Assembly (NCBI GenBank): GCA_951406725.2
Contig: OX597814.1
Span: 151,094,001-151,158,000, forward strand
Length of the DNA stretch: 64,000 nt
From: Octopus vulgaris
Lineage: Eukaryota
Reading direction: 5' to 3'
The first letter of the stretch is position 1, and each line of letters opens with the position of its first letter. The position numbers and the translations under genes are program-made. Under the pieces are notes generated by a model, which was given only the letters and a program-made list of their open reading frames with translations, was not told where the DNA came from and did not search any database. Of the stretch, positions 24,728-37,049 are shown in pieces.

Positions 24728-26277
24728 CATATACGGGAGACGTGCGTATGTATGTTTACGTATAATTAAACATAAAAATATTGACAAAACAAAAAACACA
24801 ACGGGTAACTAAAATGAAATATTTATTTTTCGTTATGTTTAAAAGTCTAATTGATGTTTCACCTATTGATCATTTTCAAATTGTACTGAATGTCATTTAA
24901 TCTATATTAATGGTCAGGGTAAACTGAAAAATTTGCGGACATAATCATGAGCAATCAGCAAATTTAACAGAGATAAAATTCCGTTATATATATTATTCAT
25001 GAGAGTAGAAATTACATATGTTCCTAACGTGAAGAAGAGTGGGTGAATTAGTGTATAAGGGTTTTAAACTTATTATGAAAGAATTCGAATTTATTGATCT
25101 TTGCAAAACATAAGGAAGTGTTTATATTTGAAAAAAGTATTGTGCTGTCAACAAATCCTACTAGATATAAATAAAAAAAGACACCTTATTCTAAATTAAG
25201 ATTGAAGTTGTTTTTAAAATAAATACTATATAATTTGTATTTTACTTAATTAACTGTACACTCATTTATATATTGTAATATGACTTAAATTAGGCCTCCT
25301 GAAATTCATTAATAGTAGGATCAAAATGTATAATGTATTTCAAAGAAAATAAAGATGTTTCTTATTTCATTATTTTATTTTATATGGACTGAATGAATGA
25401 CATTTTTTAAAGCAAAATTGATAAACTAAAGTTTTGCAAGATAAAAACAAAATTTTCATAACAAAGCTAAAATATTGTTAGATTAGACATTTTACGTACC
25501 TTACACACGAATTACTCTATATCTCTGTAGGTTCATATTGAAATGATAGTTTGTTACTGTTATACAACCTTAATCTTTAAACATTTAAGTTTCTGCAAGC
25601 ACTTCCATTGCTTTTCAAAATCTGAGGTTCTTAATTAGAGTAAAAACTTATCTAATATTTTTTGAACTTTCTCGACCGTAATTAACGTAAACAAATCTCA
25701 ATAAGCATTTTACAAAAAGACACAACCGAAAAACTGTTACCAATCAAATCCTATTCAAAGCATATACCAAATTGAGTCATGAACCCTCTATAAAAATAGA
25801 GCATGCTTCAAACACTAATCAGAAGCAAAACAGCTGCAACATAAACTACCTCTTTCTATTTCCACATTTTGAAAATCAGTTTAAACTGTGAAACTGGTTA
25901 AATATAATAATAATACATATTTTAACTATTCTCAGTGCATTTTCAACTTCTATTTATCCTATATTGCCTTCGAAACACGCTTGAGTCTAACTAGCGACAG
26001 CTGATGATTGGGGATTTTTCCTTGTGTAGTATGTCCTGTACTCTGTTTTTCTGTTGTAAAAAAGATGTTTTTCCCGTTTTCGGTTTCTCGTCCAGTTCCA
26101 CGTCTCTGTTTTTCTGTTGTAAAAAAATGGCTTTTCCGTTTTCGTTTCTCGTTGAGTTCTACGTCTAGTTGTGGTGTCCTGTACTCACGTATATATATTT
26201 ATATATGCATGCATATATACATGTAGATGTAGGTACGTACATATATGTTTGTATGTATGCATATATTTTATTTATTA

Positions 26278-26342
<65 letters not shown>

Positions 26343-26486
26343 GGTTTGGAGGTGATGTACAGGTATTATATATTAGAAGAAATAAGGTACTTAGAAATCT
26401 GGAAAGTTTTACATTTACAGATTTTTATTAATACGTCACGTGTTTTTATAAGCTTGCTTCTACTCTAGTAGAATCTCCAGATTTGA

Positions 26487-26532
<46 letters not shown>

Positions 26533-26964
26533 GGGTTAGATAAAATCTCCTGCGAGTTAACATGGGATCTCTTAACGACAGTGTAACCTTCATTTCACTA
26601 AAGTATCTTTGGTCTGATGAGTAGCTATTGAAGTAGCCCTCGTTTAGATAATTACTACTTCCGGGGTTCCGCTAGCAATGAAACATAAGTAGCATTGATT
26701 CTATCCACTCCATTCTATAAATTTAGATTTTTATTCACATACACAGCAATCTTAGTTGCTAACCATAAACTATAAAATAACTTTTTCAGCTTCTCGAACT
26801 TCAATCTGGGGAAAAAATTTACAACCCTCTACGTCAGTAAACCGCCATTGTTCCTGAAAGTTCTTTTCTGTGGCTTCCACAGACTGCTCGAAGCTTACTA
26901 ACTTCTTACACCTTGGTCCTTAGATCTTACCTGAACATATTTATATATATATATATATATATAT

Positions 26965-27500
26965 AATACATCAAGTTCAGGACATCCCCAACGAGTGAAA
27001 AATACGTAAACACACGAGAGATAAGTACAAGAAGTCTAATCCCTCCTCAGTTGTCGATTATTAATTACTCCCTATTTCGAGCTTTCAGCAACAAGATAGG
27101 AAACCTATTTAAAATATAAAATTTTTGGAGAGTTAGAGCTTCGAACGGACCAAAACCGACAAAATGGATGTAAAGTGTAAACTATCGACAAAGACAAACA
27201 TCAAGGGCCGTTGGGCCAAGACGCATTGTAATGGGTATCGCCTGGGAGAAATTTTGAAAGGATACAGAATAAATAGAAAATAGAAAAGATAGAGGTGAGA
27301 TAAATGACCTGTAGTCCCGTGGGAGCAAACAGGCAGAGGAGAAGGGGAGCAAGACAGAGGATGAGGGAAAGAAATAAAGGGATTGAAGAGAAGGGAGAAG
27401 GAACGAAAGACAGTAGGGGATGACAGAAAGATAGACAGGAGACAGCAAAGGAGGGGAGAAACGGAAAATAATGAGGACTATAGCGGGATAGAGAGAAGGA

Positions 27501-27539
<39 letters not shown>

Positions 27540-27836
27540 GGAACAGAGAGTAGAGTCGCAGAAATTATAAATAAATGTAAAACGTACTGTGGACAAGGCT
27601 GCGTGGCTTTCGATTATAAATAAATAGATATAAAATACATCAAGTACAGGACATCACCAACGAGTGAAAAATACGTAAACACATGAGTGATAAGTACAGG
27701 AAAAATACCAAAACAGATACAATAAGAACAGAACATCACCAACGAATACAAAATATGTAAACACATAATGAGAAGTACAGGACAAAATACTAAATGAAGT
27801 CTAACCCCTCCCCGATTGTCGACTGTTAATTACTCC
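26965..27836 (-). mobile_element. Non-coding element with terminal direct repeats (pLTR-like) in (TA)n
   Basis: atacatcaagt.caggacatc.ccaacgagtgaaaaatacgtaaacaca...gaagtctaa.ccctcc...ttgtcga.t.ttaattactcc occurs at 26965-27071 and again at 27635-27836. Confidence 0.55.
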
Positions 27837-27837
27837 G

Positions 27838-27898
<61 letters not shown>

Positions 27899-27985
27899 CC
27901 CCGTATATGTATGTATGTATGTATGTATATACATATACATATATATACATATATATATACATTATATATATATATACATATATAC

Positions 27986-28020
<35 letters not shown>

Positions 28021-28026
28021 CTATAT

Positions 28027-28086
<60 letters not shown>

Positions 28087-28094
28087 ACACATAT

Positions 28095-28152
<58 letters not shown>

Positions 28153-28240
28153 ATATAAGGGTGGAAAGGAACACACGAGTTGATATATATGAAAAAACAA
28201 GTCAAAAATAGAAAACGCTAAGATGATTTTATAGTGAATC

Positions 28241-28284
28241 TTTCAGTACCGGTTTCGGTCATTTTGAGACCTTTTCAACTGTAA
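28241..28284 (-). ncRNA. Minimal hammerhead-ribozyme-like motif (mirror copy of 30387-30430)
   Basis: Reverse complement of 30387-30430. Confidence 0.55.
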
Positions 28285-30386
28285 CGATTAAATAATTAAA
28301 GTTAGAAAAATTAGAAGAAAAGTTTTTTAAAAGAATATTTCTGTAGTAGTGTTCAGATATAAGTAGCATTCTGCCTTTCTCTGACTCCCTTGTTTGCACT
28401 TGTGTGTTCGAGGTCGTTTTGAGTTCTTGGTAGGATAGGTGAAGAATAATGAGGCTGATGTGGAGAGGGGGTGGGGAAATCTGGGAATGCCTTAATGGTC
28501 GTATTTTGAATGGTCAGTGGCTGACAGTAGTCGCAGTTCAATTCAGGAATTGTTTATGGAATTTGCGTAGGCGTTATACTGAAAGACATTAATGACAAGG
28601 GGTGGAAGGTGGAGAAGTAGAAGAAGAAGAAGATGACGATGTTGATGATGATGATGATGATGAAGAAGAAGAAGAAGAAGAAGAAGAAGGAGAAGGAGAA
28701 GATGGTGGTGATGATGGTGGTGATGATGATGATGACGATGATGATGATAATGATGATGATGAAGAAGAAGAGGAAGAAGAAGAAGAAGAAAAAACAGAGA
28801 AGGGAGAATATGAATGGGTGTAAGTATAGCTTTGATGGGGCTGATTAGTAATGGATTCTATGGAGTGTAATATTTGTGTGTGTATATATTTCTTTTATTC
28901 TAAAGTTGAGGTATATTAATTGTTTGTCGTAGACCCGTTAAGAAGTGGCTTGTATTTTGTAATAAAGAGATTTTCTTTACTTAATTCGTTGTCTCGAGGT
29001 TGTATCGTCCCTAAATTGGTAGAGGGGAAAATTCTGAAGTTTGGTGTTTTTTTGTTGGCGCAAGTATCTATGTGTTGGCTAAAAGCTATTTTTCTGTTTT
29101 GGGGAATTTTTATCTGGGATCCGTGCAGGGCCATTAGTTTACGCAAACCATTTTTTGTTTGGCCTATGTACTGCTCTTGACACCCGGAGCAGGTTAGTGA
29201 GTATATTAGGTTCTCCGAAGCACATGTGAAGTTGCTTTTCACTGTAAACCGTTGTCCCTGTTTGAAGGAGAACTCTGATCCCTCAATTAGATAGTCGCAT
29301 ATCCCGCAATTGGGATAAAAAATGTGGAAGACCCAATTGCGGGATATGCGACTATCTAATTGAGGGATCAGAGTTCTCCTTCAAACAGGGACAACGGTTT
29401 ACAGTGAAAAGCAACTTCACATGTGCTTCGGAGAACCTAATATACTCACTAACCTGCTCCGGGTGTCAAGAGCAGTACATAGGCCAAACAAAAAATGGTT
29501 TGCGTAAACGAATGGCCCTGCACAGATCCCAGATAAAAATTCCCCAAAACAGAAAAATAGCTTTTAGCCAACACATAGATACTTGCGCCAACAAAAAACA
29601 CCAAACTTCAGAATTTTCCCCTCTACCAATTTAGGGACGATACAACCTCGAGACAACGAATTAAGTAAAGAAAATCTCTTTATTACAAAATACAAGCCAC
29701 TTCTTAACGGGTCTACGACAAACAATTAATATACCTCAACTTTAGAATAAAAGAAATATATACACACACAAATATTACACTCCATAGAATCCATTACTAA
29801 TCAGCCCCATCAAAGCTATACTTACACCCATTCATATTCTCCCTTCTCTGTTTTTTCTTCTTCTTCTTCTTCCTCTTCTTCTTCATCATCATTATCATCA
29901 TCATCGTCATCATCATCATCACCACCATCATCACCACCATCTTCTTCTTCTTCTTCTTCTTCTTCTTCTTCTTCTTCTTCTTCTTCTTCTTCTTCTTCTT
30001 CTTCTTCATCTTCATCATCATCATCATCAACATCGTCATCTTCTACTTCTCCACCTTCCACCCCTTAACCTTGTCACTAATGTCTTTCAGTATAACGCCT
30101 ACGCAAATTCCATAAACAATTCCTGAATTGAACTGCGACTACTGTCAGCCACTGACCATTCAAAATACGACCATTAAGGCATTCCCAGATTTCCCCCACC
30201 CCCTCTCCACATCAGCCTCATTATTCTTCACCTATCCTACCAAGAACTCAAAACGACCTCGAACACACAAGTGCAAACAAGGGAGTCAGAGAAAGGCAGA
30301 ATGCTACTTATATCTGAACACTACTACAGAAATATTCTTTTAAAAAAACTTTTCTTCTAATTTTTCTAAATTTAATTATTTAATCG

Positions 30387-30430
30387 TTACAGTTGAAAAG
30401 GTCTCAAAATGACCGAAACCGGTACTGAAA
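30387..30430 (+). ncRNA. Minimal type I hammerhead-ribozyme-like motif, U3:A8 core variant
   Basis: ttacag-TTGAAAA-ggtc(tcaaaat)gacc-GAAA-ccgg-TA-ctgaaa, located in the 3' UTR of a PLE, where such motifs are expected. Confidence 0.6.
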
Positions 30431-30503
30431 GATTCACTATAAAATCATCTTAGCGTTTTCTATTTTTGACTTGTTTTTTCATATATATATATATATATAT
30501 ATA

Positions 30504-30720
30504 CTTTATTTAAAGCAGCGGAAAATTCAATAAAACCTGTTACTCTGAGTTTCACGTCCCCGTTCGTCGGACAGTTTTTTGTCCGACGAACGGGGACGTG
30601 AAACTCAGAGTAACAGGTTTTGTTGAATTTTCCGCTGCTTTAAATAAAGCATATTACTCTACCACTGGTATTTGAGTACTCTTTTTCCACCTTGTTTCAC
30701 ATTTATGTGTTTACTCCGGT
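30504..30720 (+). mobile_element. Short fold-back element (70-bp arms) carrying a hammerhead-like motif
   Basis: 30504-30573 is inverted at 30580-30649 with one mismatch. Ends atgtgtttactccgg(ta)n; the same terminus occurs at 24306-24321. Confidence 0.7.
30578..30617 (+). ncRNA. Minimal hammerhead-like motif, U4C core variant
   Basis: tgt-CCGACGA-acg(ggga)cgt-GAAA-ctcagag-TA-aca. Confidence 0.5.
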
Positions 30721-30829
30721 ATATATATATATAAGCATGACTGTGTGAAGAAGTTTGCTTCCAAACAATGTGGTGTCGAGTTCAGTCTCAATGAGCAGCA
30801 CCTTGGTCAAGTATTTTCAACTAAAAGCC

Positions 30830-31020
30830 TTAAAAACTATGAGTCGCCACCCACAGATGGGTCGCGAACGGAATCTTAGTGGGTCGCAAAAAGTTATAAA
30901 ATTACGCATTAGCTTTGATTAACTGATGTCTATCGAGATAGTTCAAGACTTATAAGTGGGTCGTCATAAACTGGTGTGATAAATAGTGGGTCGCGACTCC
31001 AAAAAGTTTGGAAACCACTG
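30830..31020. mobile_element. hAT-like non-autonomous fragment
   Basis: Repeated tgggtcgc subterminal motifs and an end aaaaagtttggaaaccactg (CAGTGGTT-type TIR). The other end is missing. Confidence 0.6.
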
Positions 31021-31026
31021 CCTTAA

Positions 31027-31246
31027 CCCTTTAGTGTTTAAACCGGCCATATCTGGCCCAGATATTCTACATGTTTTACATTCAAACGGGCGATATCTAG
31101 CCTCTCACACCTAACCTACATTGATATTCTAAAAACAAACAATCACATCATTGAAACCTCAAAGCTATAAGATAATGTATGATTAATTCAAAACAATTTG
31201 AGTGAAAAATTATTACATTTAACAGAGTAATCTGAACACTGAAGGG
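31027..31246. mobile_element. piggyBac-like MITE
   Basis: TTAA-ccctttagtgttta ... tgaacactgaaggg-TTAA. Confidence 0.75.
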
Positions 31247-31528
31247 TTAATGACTTGAGAATCAATTTGGTAGACGAAAACTTGGTGTGAGTCCGTTCCA
31301 TATGTGCGTATGTGCGTGCATCTGTCTCTGTATTTGTGTTTGTTTCTCACCGCTTGCAACCGACCTTGCTATGTTTATTCCTATATCTTAGAAGTTCTAC
31401 AAAAGGGACGGATAGGATTAATGACAAATTTAAATTAAGTACTGGAGTCGATTTAACGCGATGCCCCAGCATGGCTGCAGTCTATGAATAAACAAGTAAA
31501 TAAATAAAATAATGTATGTATATGAGAA

Positions 31529-31562
<34 letters not shown>

Positions 31563-32314
31563 CTTGAACAAAAGTTTATAATTTGTCTTCATTATTCTCT
31601 TTCTTTTTTTTCTTTTCAGATCTACAAAACATTGCCTGCCGGCAGATTAATTAGCAACATATTTATTGGATAATGGTTCTAGTTTGATATATCCATTGTT
31701 TTTTGATATGATGTTACACCTCATTAATTCTGGGTCGTGACAACGTTTTCTTCTTGTTTGTATGGTTTTTCTTTCTTTTCTTCCTTTTTCGTGTTTCATA
31801 CTTTTGTTCAAACATTCGATCTTTGCCATAAATTAAGTACGTCTTCGATAGTCCAATTTAACGGTATATTTCAATTTTTCTTTCTTTTCCTGTCTCTCTT
31901 TTTCTTCCCCATCTCTCTCTATCTATCTATCTATCTCTCTCTCTTTCTCTCTCTCTCTCTCCCTCTCTCTCACCTAATATTTCATACACGCAATAGTGTA
32001 TGACATTTTACTAATATTTTCTACTGTATAGTGGATCAAAAGACGTTAGATGTCCAGACCGAAGAACAACTCAGTGACAGTGATTAGTGTTAGATTGTCA
32101 CGTCTTTTCTACCAAGAGGCCGATGTATTATCGATTCGTCCCGTTCAGTTAGTTTTTGCTGACTAAGATTTTCTCGTATAACAAGCATCGGTATCATAGA
32201 TGTTTGCCAATTTTTAAATCTGTGATTAATCATTGCAGAAACATATTTCATCGTTTAACAATTTTGTAACATACATCAGTTGAAATACACTTACTTTCGA
32301 AATCAGTTAATATT

Positions 32315-32725
32315 GATTTCAAATCTTGGCACAGGGCCAACTATTTCGAGGGAAGGTATGCCGGTTACATCGATCGACACCAGTACTCAACTGGTACTTA
32401 TTTTTTCGACTCCGAAAGGATGAAAGACAAAATTAACCTTGGCGGAATTTGAACTCAGAAGAAGACGTGCGAAATGACTATAAATATTTTGCTTGCGTGC
32501 TAGCGATTGTGCCAGCTCGCAGCCTTATTGTTTAAATCAATATTCTTTCTGTTACGAGCACAAGATCTGAAATTCTGGGGAAGATATACTTGATCACATT
32601 AACCCCAGTGCTCAATTGTTAATTATTTTATCGACTCCGAAAGGATAAAAGGCAAAGTCGAGCTCGGTGGAATTTGAATTCACACCGTGAAAGAACCATA
32701 AAAATGCCGCAATGCTAATGATTCT
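32315..32725 (-). mobile_element. Two older SINE family 1 copies
   Basis: Core cgactccgaaagga...ggcggaatttgaa occurs twice, with older tails. Confidence 0.75.
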
Positions 32726-33305
32726 GAAGAATTTTTTTTAAATATATCTCATTATTAAGCTAGTGTTGGAAATATAAATTAACATAAAATGCTGTTAGAA
32801 GGTTACAGTTTAGACCAACAACAAAAGAGGGGATTTTTATCATAGAACTAGAGTCGTTTCAGGTGGGTCGGTATCACAAGGGTTAAGTTAGAAATTGACT
32901 AATTCATAATTTCATATTGATATAGCTTTCAATATTCTCGTGCGCGATGAAATCTGTAGCGTTAATTAATTAATTAACTAGACACTGAAGAATTAAAATC
33001 AGACAGAGACGAATGTGACAGCAATTTTTGATATTAAATTATAAAACCCAATCAGATAAACTTTTCAGTAATTTCAAGAGTGTGTTATAGGAATAAAATT
33101 TACATTAAAGAATAGTTTGGTTAGTTATTAAATCACTAGAAAGGACTGTTCAGGCAAGTGGTGTTCAAAACCGAGATCGAATACTATCCTCTTACAAGAT
33201 TAACTGATATCTATCATAAAAATAAATACGTATGCGTATTTGTGTGTGTGTGTTTGCACGTGAACACATGTTGAAGGAGCACAGTATGTATGAAAGGTTA
33301 AGAAG

Positions 33306-33534
33306 GCGGCGAGCTGGCAGAAACGTTAGCACGCCGGGCGAAATGCTTAGCGGTATTTCGTCTGCCATTACGTTGTGAGTTCAAATTCCGCCGAGGTCGA
33401 CTTTGCCTTTCATCCTTTCGGGGTCGATAAATTAAGTACCAGTTACGCACTGGGGTCGATGTAATCGACTTAATACCTATGTTTGTCCTTGTTTGTCCCC
33501 TCTGTGTTTAGCCCCTTGTGGGTAATAAAGAAAT
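33306..33534 (+). mobile_element. Full-length young tRNA-derived SINE (family 1, tail B) with 11-bp TSD
   Basis: A-box-like tggcagaaacgtt, B-box gagttcaaattcc, tail gccccttgtgggtaataaagaaat. TSD aggttaagaag at 33295-33305 and 33535-33545. Confidence 0.9.
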
Positions 33535-35020
33535 AGGTTAAGAAGATCGCTTTGAAGCTGTGAGGCCCTTGTTTCTATCCTACTGCTTGAAATCTTGTGC
33601 AAAAATCATTTTCTATAGCCTCAGATTGACACATACCTTGCGAGTGAATCGGGTAGAGACTGTACAAAAGTCTTTCAGCTAAACTGAGCTGTAATTCAGA
33701 AGATGCAACCATGTCACACACTGCGTCACGCTGATTGTCTCTGAAAATTTCGTCAAGAATACGTGTATATGATGAATGTTCAGACACTTACACGTAAATT
33801 CAGCAGTTAATTCAAAGATCGAACAACTGAAACCTTATCGTCCAACAACGAAGATCCACACTGTGTGTGTGTGTGTGTTATTTTCATTAGCCAGTCGTCA
33901 AACAGAATCAAGCCCATTAATTTTACAAGTCCTCCGAGACTGACGAAATCGTTATAGTTGACATTAAAAATGAACACCTGGGTGGGTCAAGATCAAAATG
34001 GATAACTTTGATAGGAAAATAATTTCATAGGATTACTGTTCGAGTAGGAGAAAAAACACTAATGAGAGACAAATGAGTCGAATCAGTCGGTTGGGCCTGA
34101 GTGATAGCGTATGGTATATATTGGTTCAAATTAGTAGTGATAGCTGTAGTAGCGGTGAAAATAACAGTAGAAGAGGCTGAGTGTAGAAACAGCATGGTAT
34201 GAACCTTAATCCGTATTTGTACCACGGTGACGAAACTTTGGCAATCAGTTAAATGATCTTGAATATAGTGTGGACATTTTTGTACGTGTAATGCCGTCTC
34301 AGAGATGTGAACAGGACTTCAAAGTCTGGCAAAATTTAGCTTCGTAAAATGTCAACAGATGATCAGAGCTGAACAATTCTCTGACTCCGAAAAGAAAGCT
34401 TAGACTTTCAGTTGCAGTTTTCATTGTGTTATTATACTTTAGGGATTCTGAAACCTAAAGTTTATAGCACATTTGAGAGATTTAGATACATATTGTATGT
34501 GTATAAAGAGTGAGGAGCAAGACTGTTTCCATCAAGTGTAATGTGTGTGTCTTAATGAAGGCTTTTAAAGAAGACAAATTTGTAATGATAGTAGCATAGT
34601 GCACTGCTTGATGTGAATGGAAAGGAAACTGTTGGAACCGGTTGCCTTGTTAAATTGAAGTGAGCATGATAAAGTTTTCACACTTGGCGACTGTGAGGAC
34701 AAGATGGCCAGGCGTGTGAGTAGAGGAAAAGAGTTTTACAGGATTATTAATGCTCGGATTGGTATTATGCTGAGAAATTACTGTTTATCACCTCTTGTCC
34801 ACTGAAGATATCCATATCTGTCGAAATACGAACACAAGAAAGTTAAATCGGATTTAATAGCATACAGTTAGAGGAATATAAATGTATATAGAGAGTATAC
34901 ATGACTGCACTTATGTAAAACTTCCCTGCATATATGCAGTAAAACATTTTAGTGCTTTGGTGCATGAAACGTGCATGTTCCCTGTCTCATATATATAGAG
35001 AGAGATAGATAGATAGATAT

Positions 35021-35120
<100 letters not shown>

Positions 35121-35346
35121 GGAGGGGGGAGACAGAGAAATTCATAGCTATGCACGCACACACATATATGTGTGGTAATAGGAACGTACACGTTTACGCA
35201 TTTTTATGAAATATGTATATATATATATATATATATGTTCATAGAAGCGCACATATATTTGAGCGAGAGAAAGATTGAGAGAGATGCAGACAATATTAAA
35301 TATGATATAATAGTTATGTAATATGTTTTTTTTTCCTTTCTTATAG

Positions 35347-35485
35347 AAGATTAGCGAAATCGACATTGGTATTAATTCCTTTGTTTGGCATCCATTATAT
35401 AGTATTTGGTGGAATACCTGATAGCTTGGATACAAAGACTGAGTTGGTTAAACTATACTTCGACATGTTTTTCAATTCTTTACAG
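35347..35485 (+). CDS. Internal exon (ICL3-TM6-ECL3) of a class B1 secretin/PTH-receptor-like GPCR
   Basis: Polypyrimidine tract plus tag acceptor and cag|gtgag donor. After one phase base it reads [46 protein letters not shown] (PLFG motif of class B1 TM6). Confidence 0.95.
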
Positions 35486-36548
35486 GTGAGTAATCGATAT
35501 ATAATATTATTTCATTGGTGACAGTTAGTCTAAAATATCATATGTTATAATCATACGGTGTTATAATCTGATAATTTCATATTTTATGGTTACAGAGACT
35601 CAGTTTAATACCGCACATGCAAAATATTTGTTCTAATAAATATCCACTTGCATATTATACTTGATATACATTAAATTAACAAGATTACGCGCTGTATGTA
35701 ACTGTGTCTAAGCTTCGCATTCACTTCTCAATGTACATCGAGAGTTGAAACTGTCTTTGAGTGTAACTCGACACTGAACATTATTAAACATTCTGATATA
35801 TTTTGAGATTTGGTGAAAGACTGTTTTCTCTTGTCTACAATTCTTTATGTTTTTGTATTTTTTAATATCGCATTACGTAAAAAATAGGTACATATTAAAA
35901 GTAATTATTTCATTTTTCCTTTTATTTTGCTTGTCTCGGTCAGTATACTGCGGCCATGCTGGGGTATTGCCTTCAAGAATCTTAGAGAATTATATTGACC
36001 CCAAGTCTTAGTCAGGAACTCATTTCATCGATCCTTATTTATTGGATGACTAAATTAGGTCTAATTAAAATGTTGCCTCCATTAGATATTTAAACCAATT
36101 TACACCAGTATATACGAACGAAAACCAGTATACACAAACACATGTGTATGTATGCGTCTTATGTGTCTATGTATGTATGTATATACCACTAATAACTCGA
36201 TTTGGCGCAATGACATTAGATTTGGGTGTATTTGAATTGGAGGAGGAAGAGGAATAAATAGAATGACAAAAGAAAATTAAGGAACAAATCATTGGAACAA
36301 TTTAATACATGTGTCCGATGTTAGCAAACTGGGGGGAATTAATGTCAGAGATTTTAATTTACCTTAGTTTACTAATTTGGACACGTGTAAATCTCTTCAA
36401 CATTTTCCTTAATATTTATCTCCTTTGCTTGTTACAATCCTTGGATTACGACCATGCTGGAGCACCACAATGAAGGCTTTTAATTATAACTTCAGTATTT
36501 AAGATAGACATGCAAACATGTAAACATATATACATGTATATGCATGCA

Positions 36549-36585
<37 letters not shown>

Positions 36586-36985
36586 GGAAAAGTTTAACAG
36601 ATATACGAGTGTGTATGTAAGCGTGCATATGTCGACAATGTCTTCGAAGTCACTATCTTTCTAATATGAAATACGTACTCTGCTAAGAAATAGTGTGAGA
36701 CTTCATATTCTTGTTCATTTGTTCTCTACATAACTTCACATTAAAACAAACATTAATACACAAACACGTGCACACTTTACATACATACATACACACATAC
36801 ATACATACATACATACATACATACATACATACATGCATACATATGCAGAGTGGGAGGGGTGGCAGGAAGATTTGAACGACTATCACATAGAATATTTTTA
36901 TAAATTTCAGTGGCCTTATTTTTTCCTTACATTAAGTTCTTTATTCTCATGTCTTAGTCGGCTTGGCTACATGAACCAGTCATTG

Positions 36986-37049
<64 letters not shown>

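Larger units (their letters stand above)
28183..30488. mobile_element. Palindromic Penelope-like element: two inverted copies (about 1.14 kb each) of the GIY-YIG end plus 3' UTR
   Basis: Arms 28183-29314 and 29332-30488, 17-nt spacer. Encodes CGRPNCGIC...TCASENLIYSLTCSGCQEQYIGQT...LRKRMALH (Cys-rich linker plus GIY-YIG). Both ends lie in TA repeats. Confidence 0.9.
30735..31500 (+). mobile_element. SINE family 2 copy split by nested DNA transposons
   Basis: Head at 30735-30830; body resumes after 31250 (atttggtagacgaaaac ... atgccccagcatggctgcag tail). Confidence 0.65.

Noticed and set aside
28602-30061. Poly-Glu/Asp and poly-Met/Lys ORFs in both palindrome arms
   Set aside because: These are (GAA)/(GAT) tracts in the PLE 3' UTR, antisense to the element's coding strand and variable in length between arms.
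33306-33392. Possible tRNA gene (A/B boxes)
   Set aside because: It continues into the SINE core and tail, has a TSD and many dispersed copies, and I could not form a cloverleaf.
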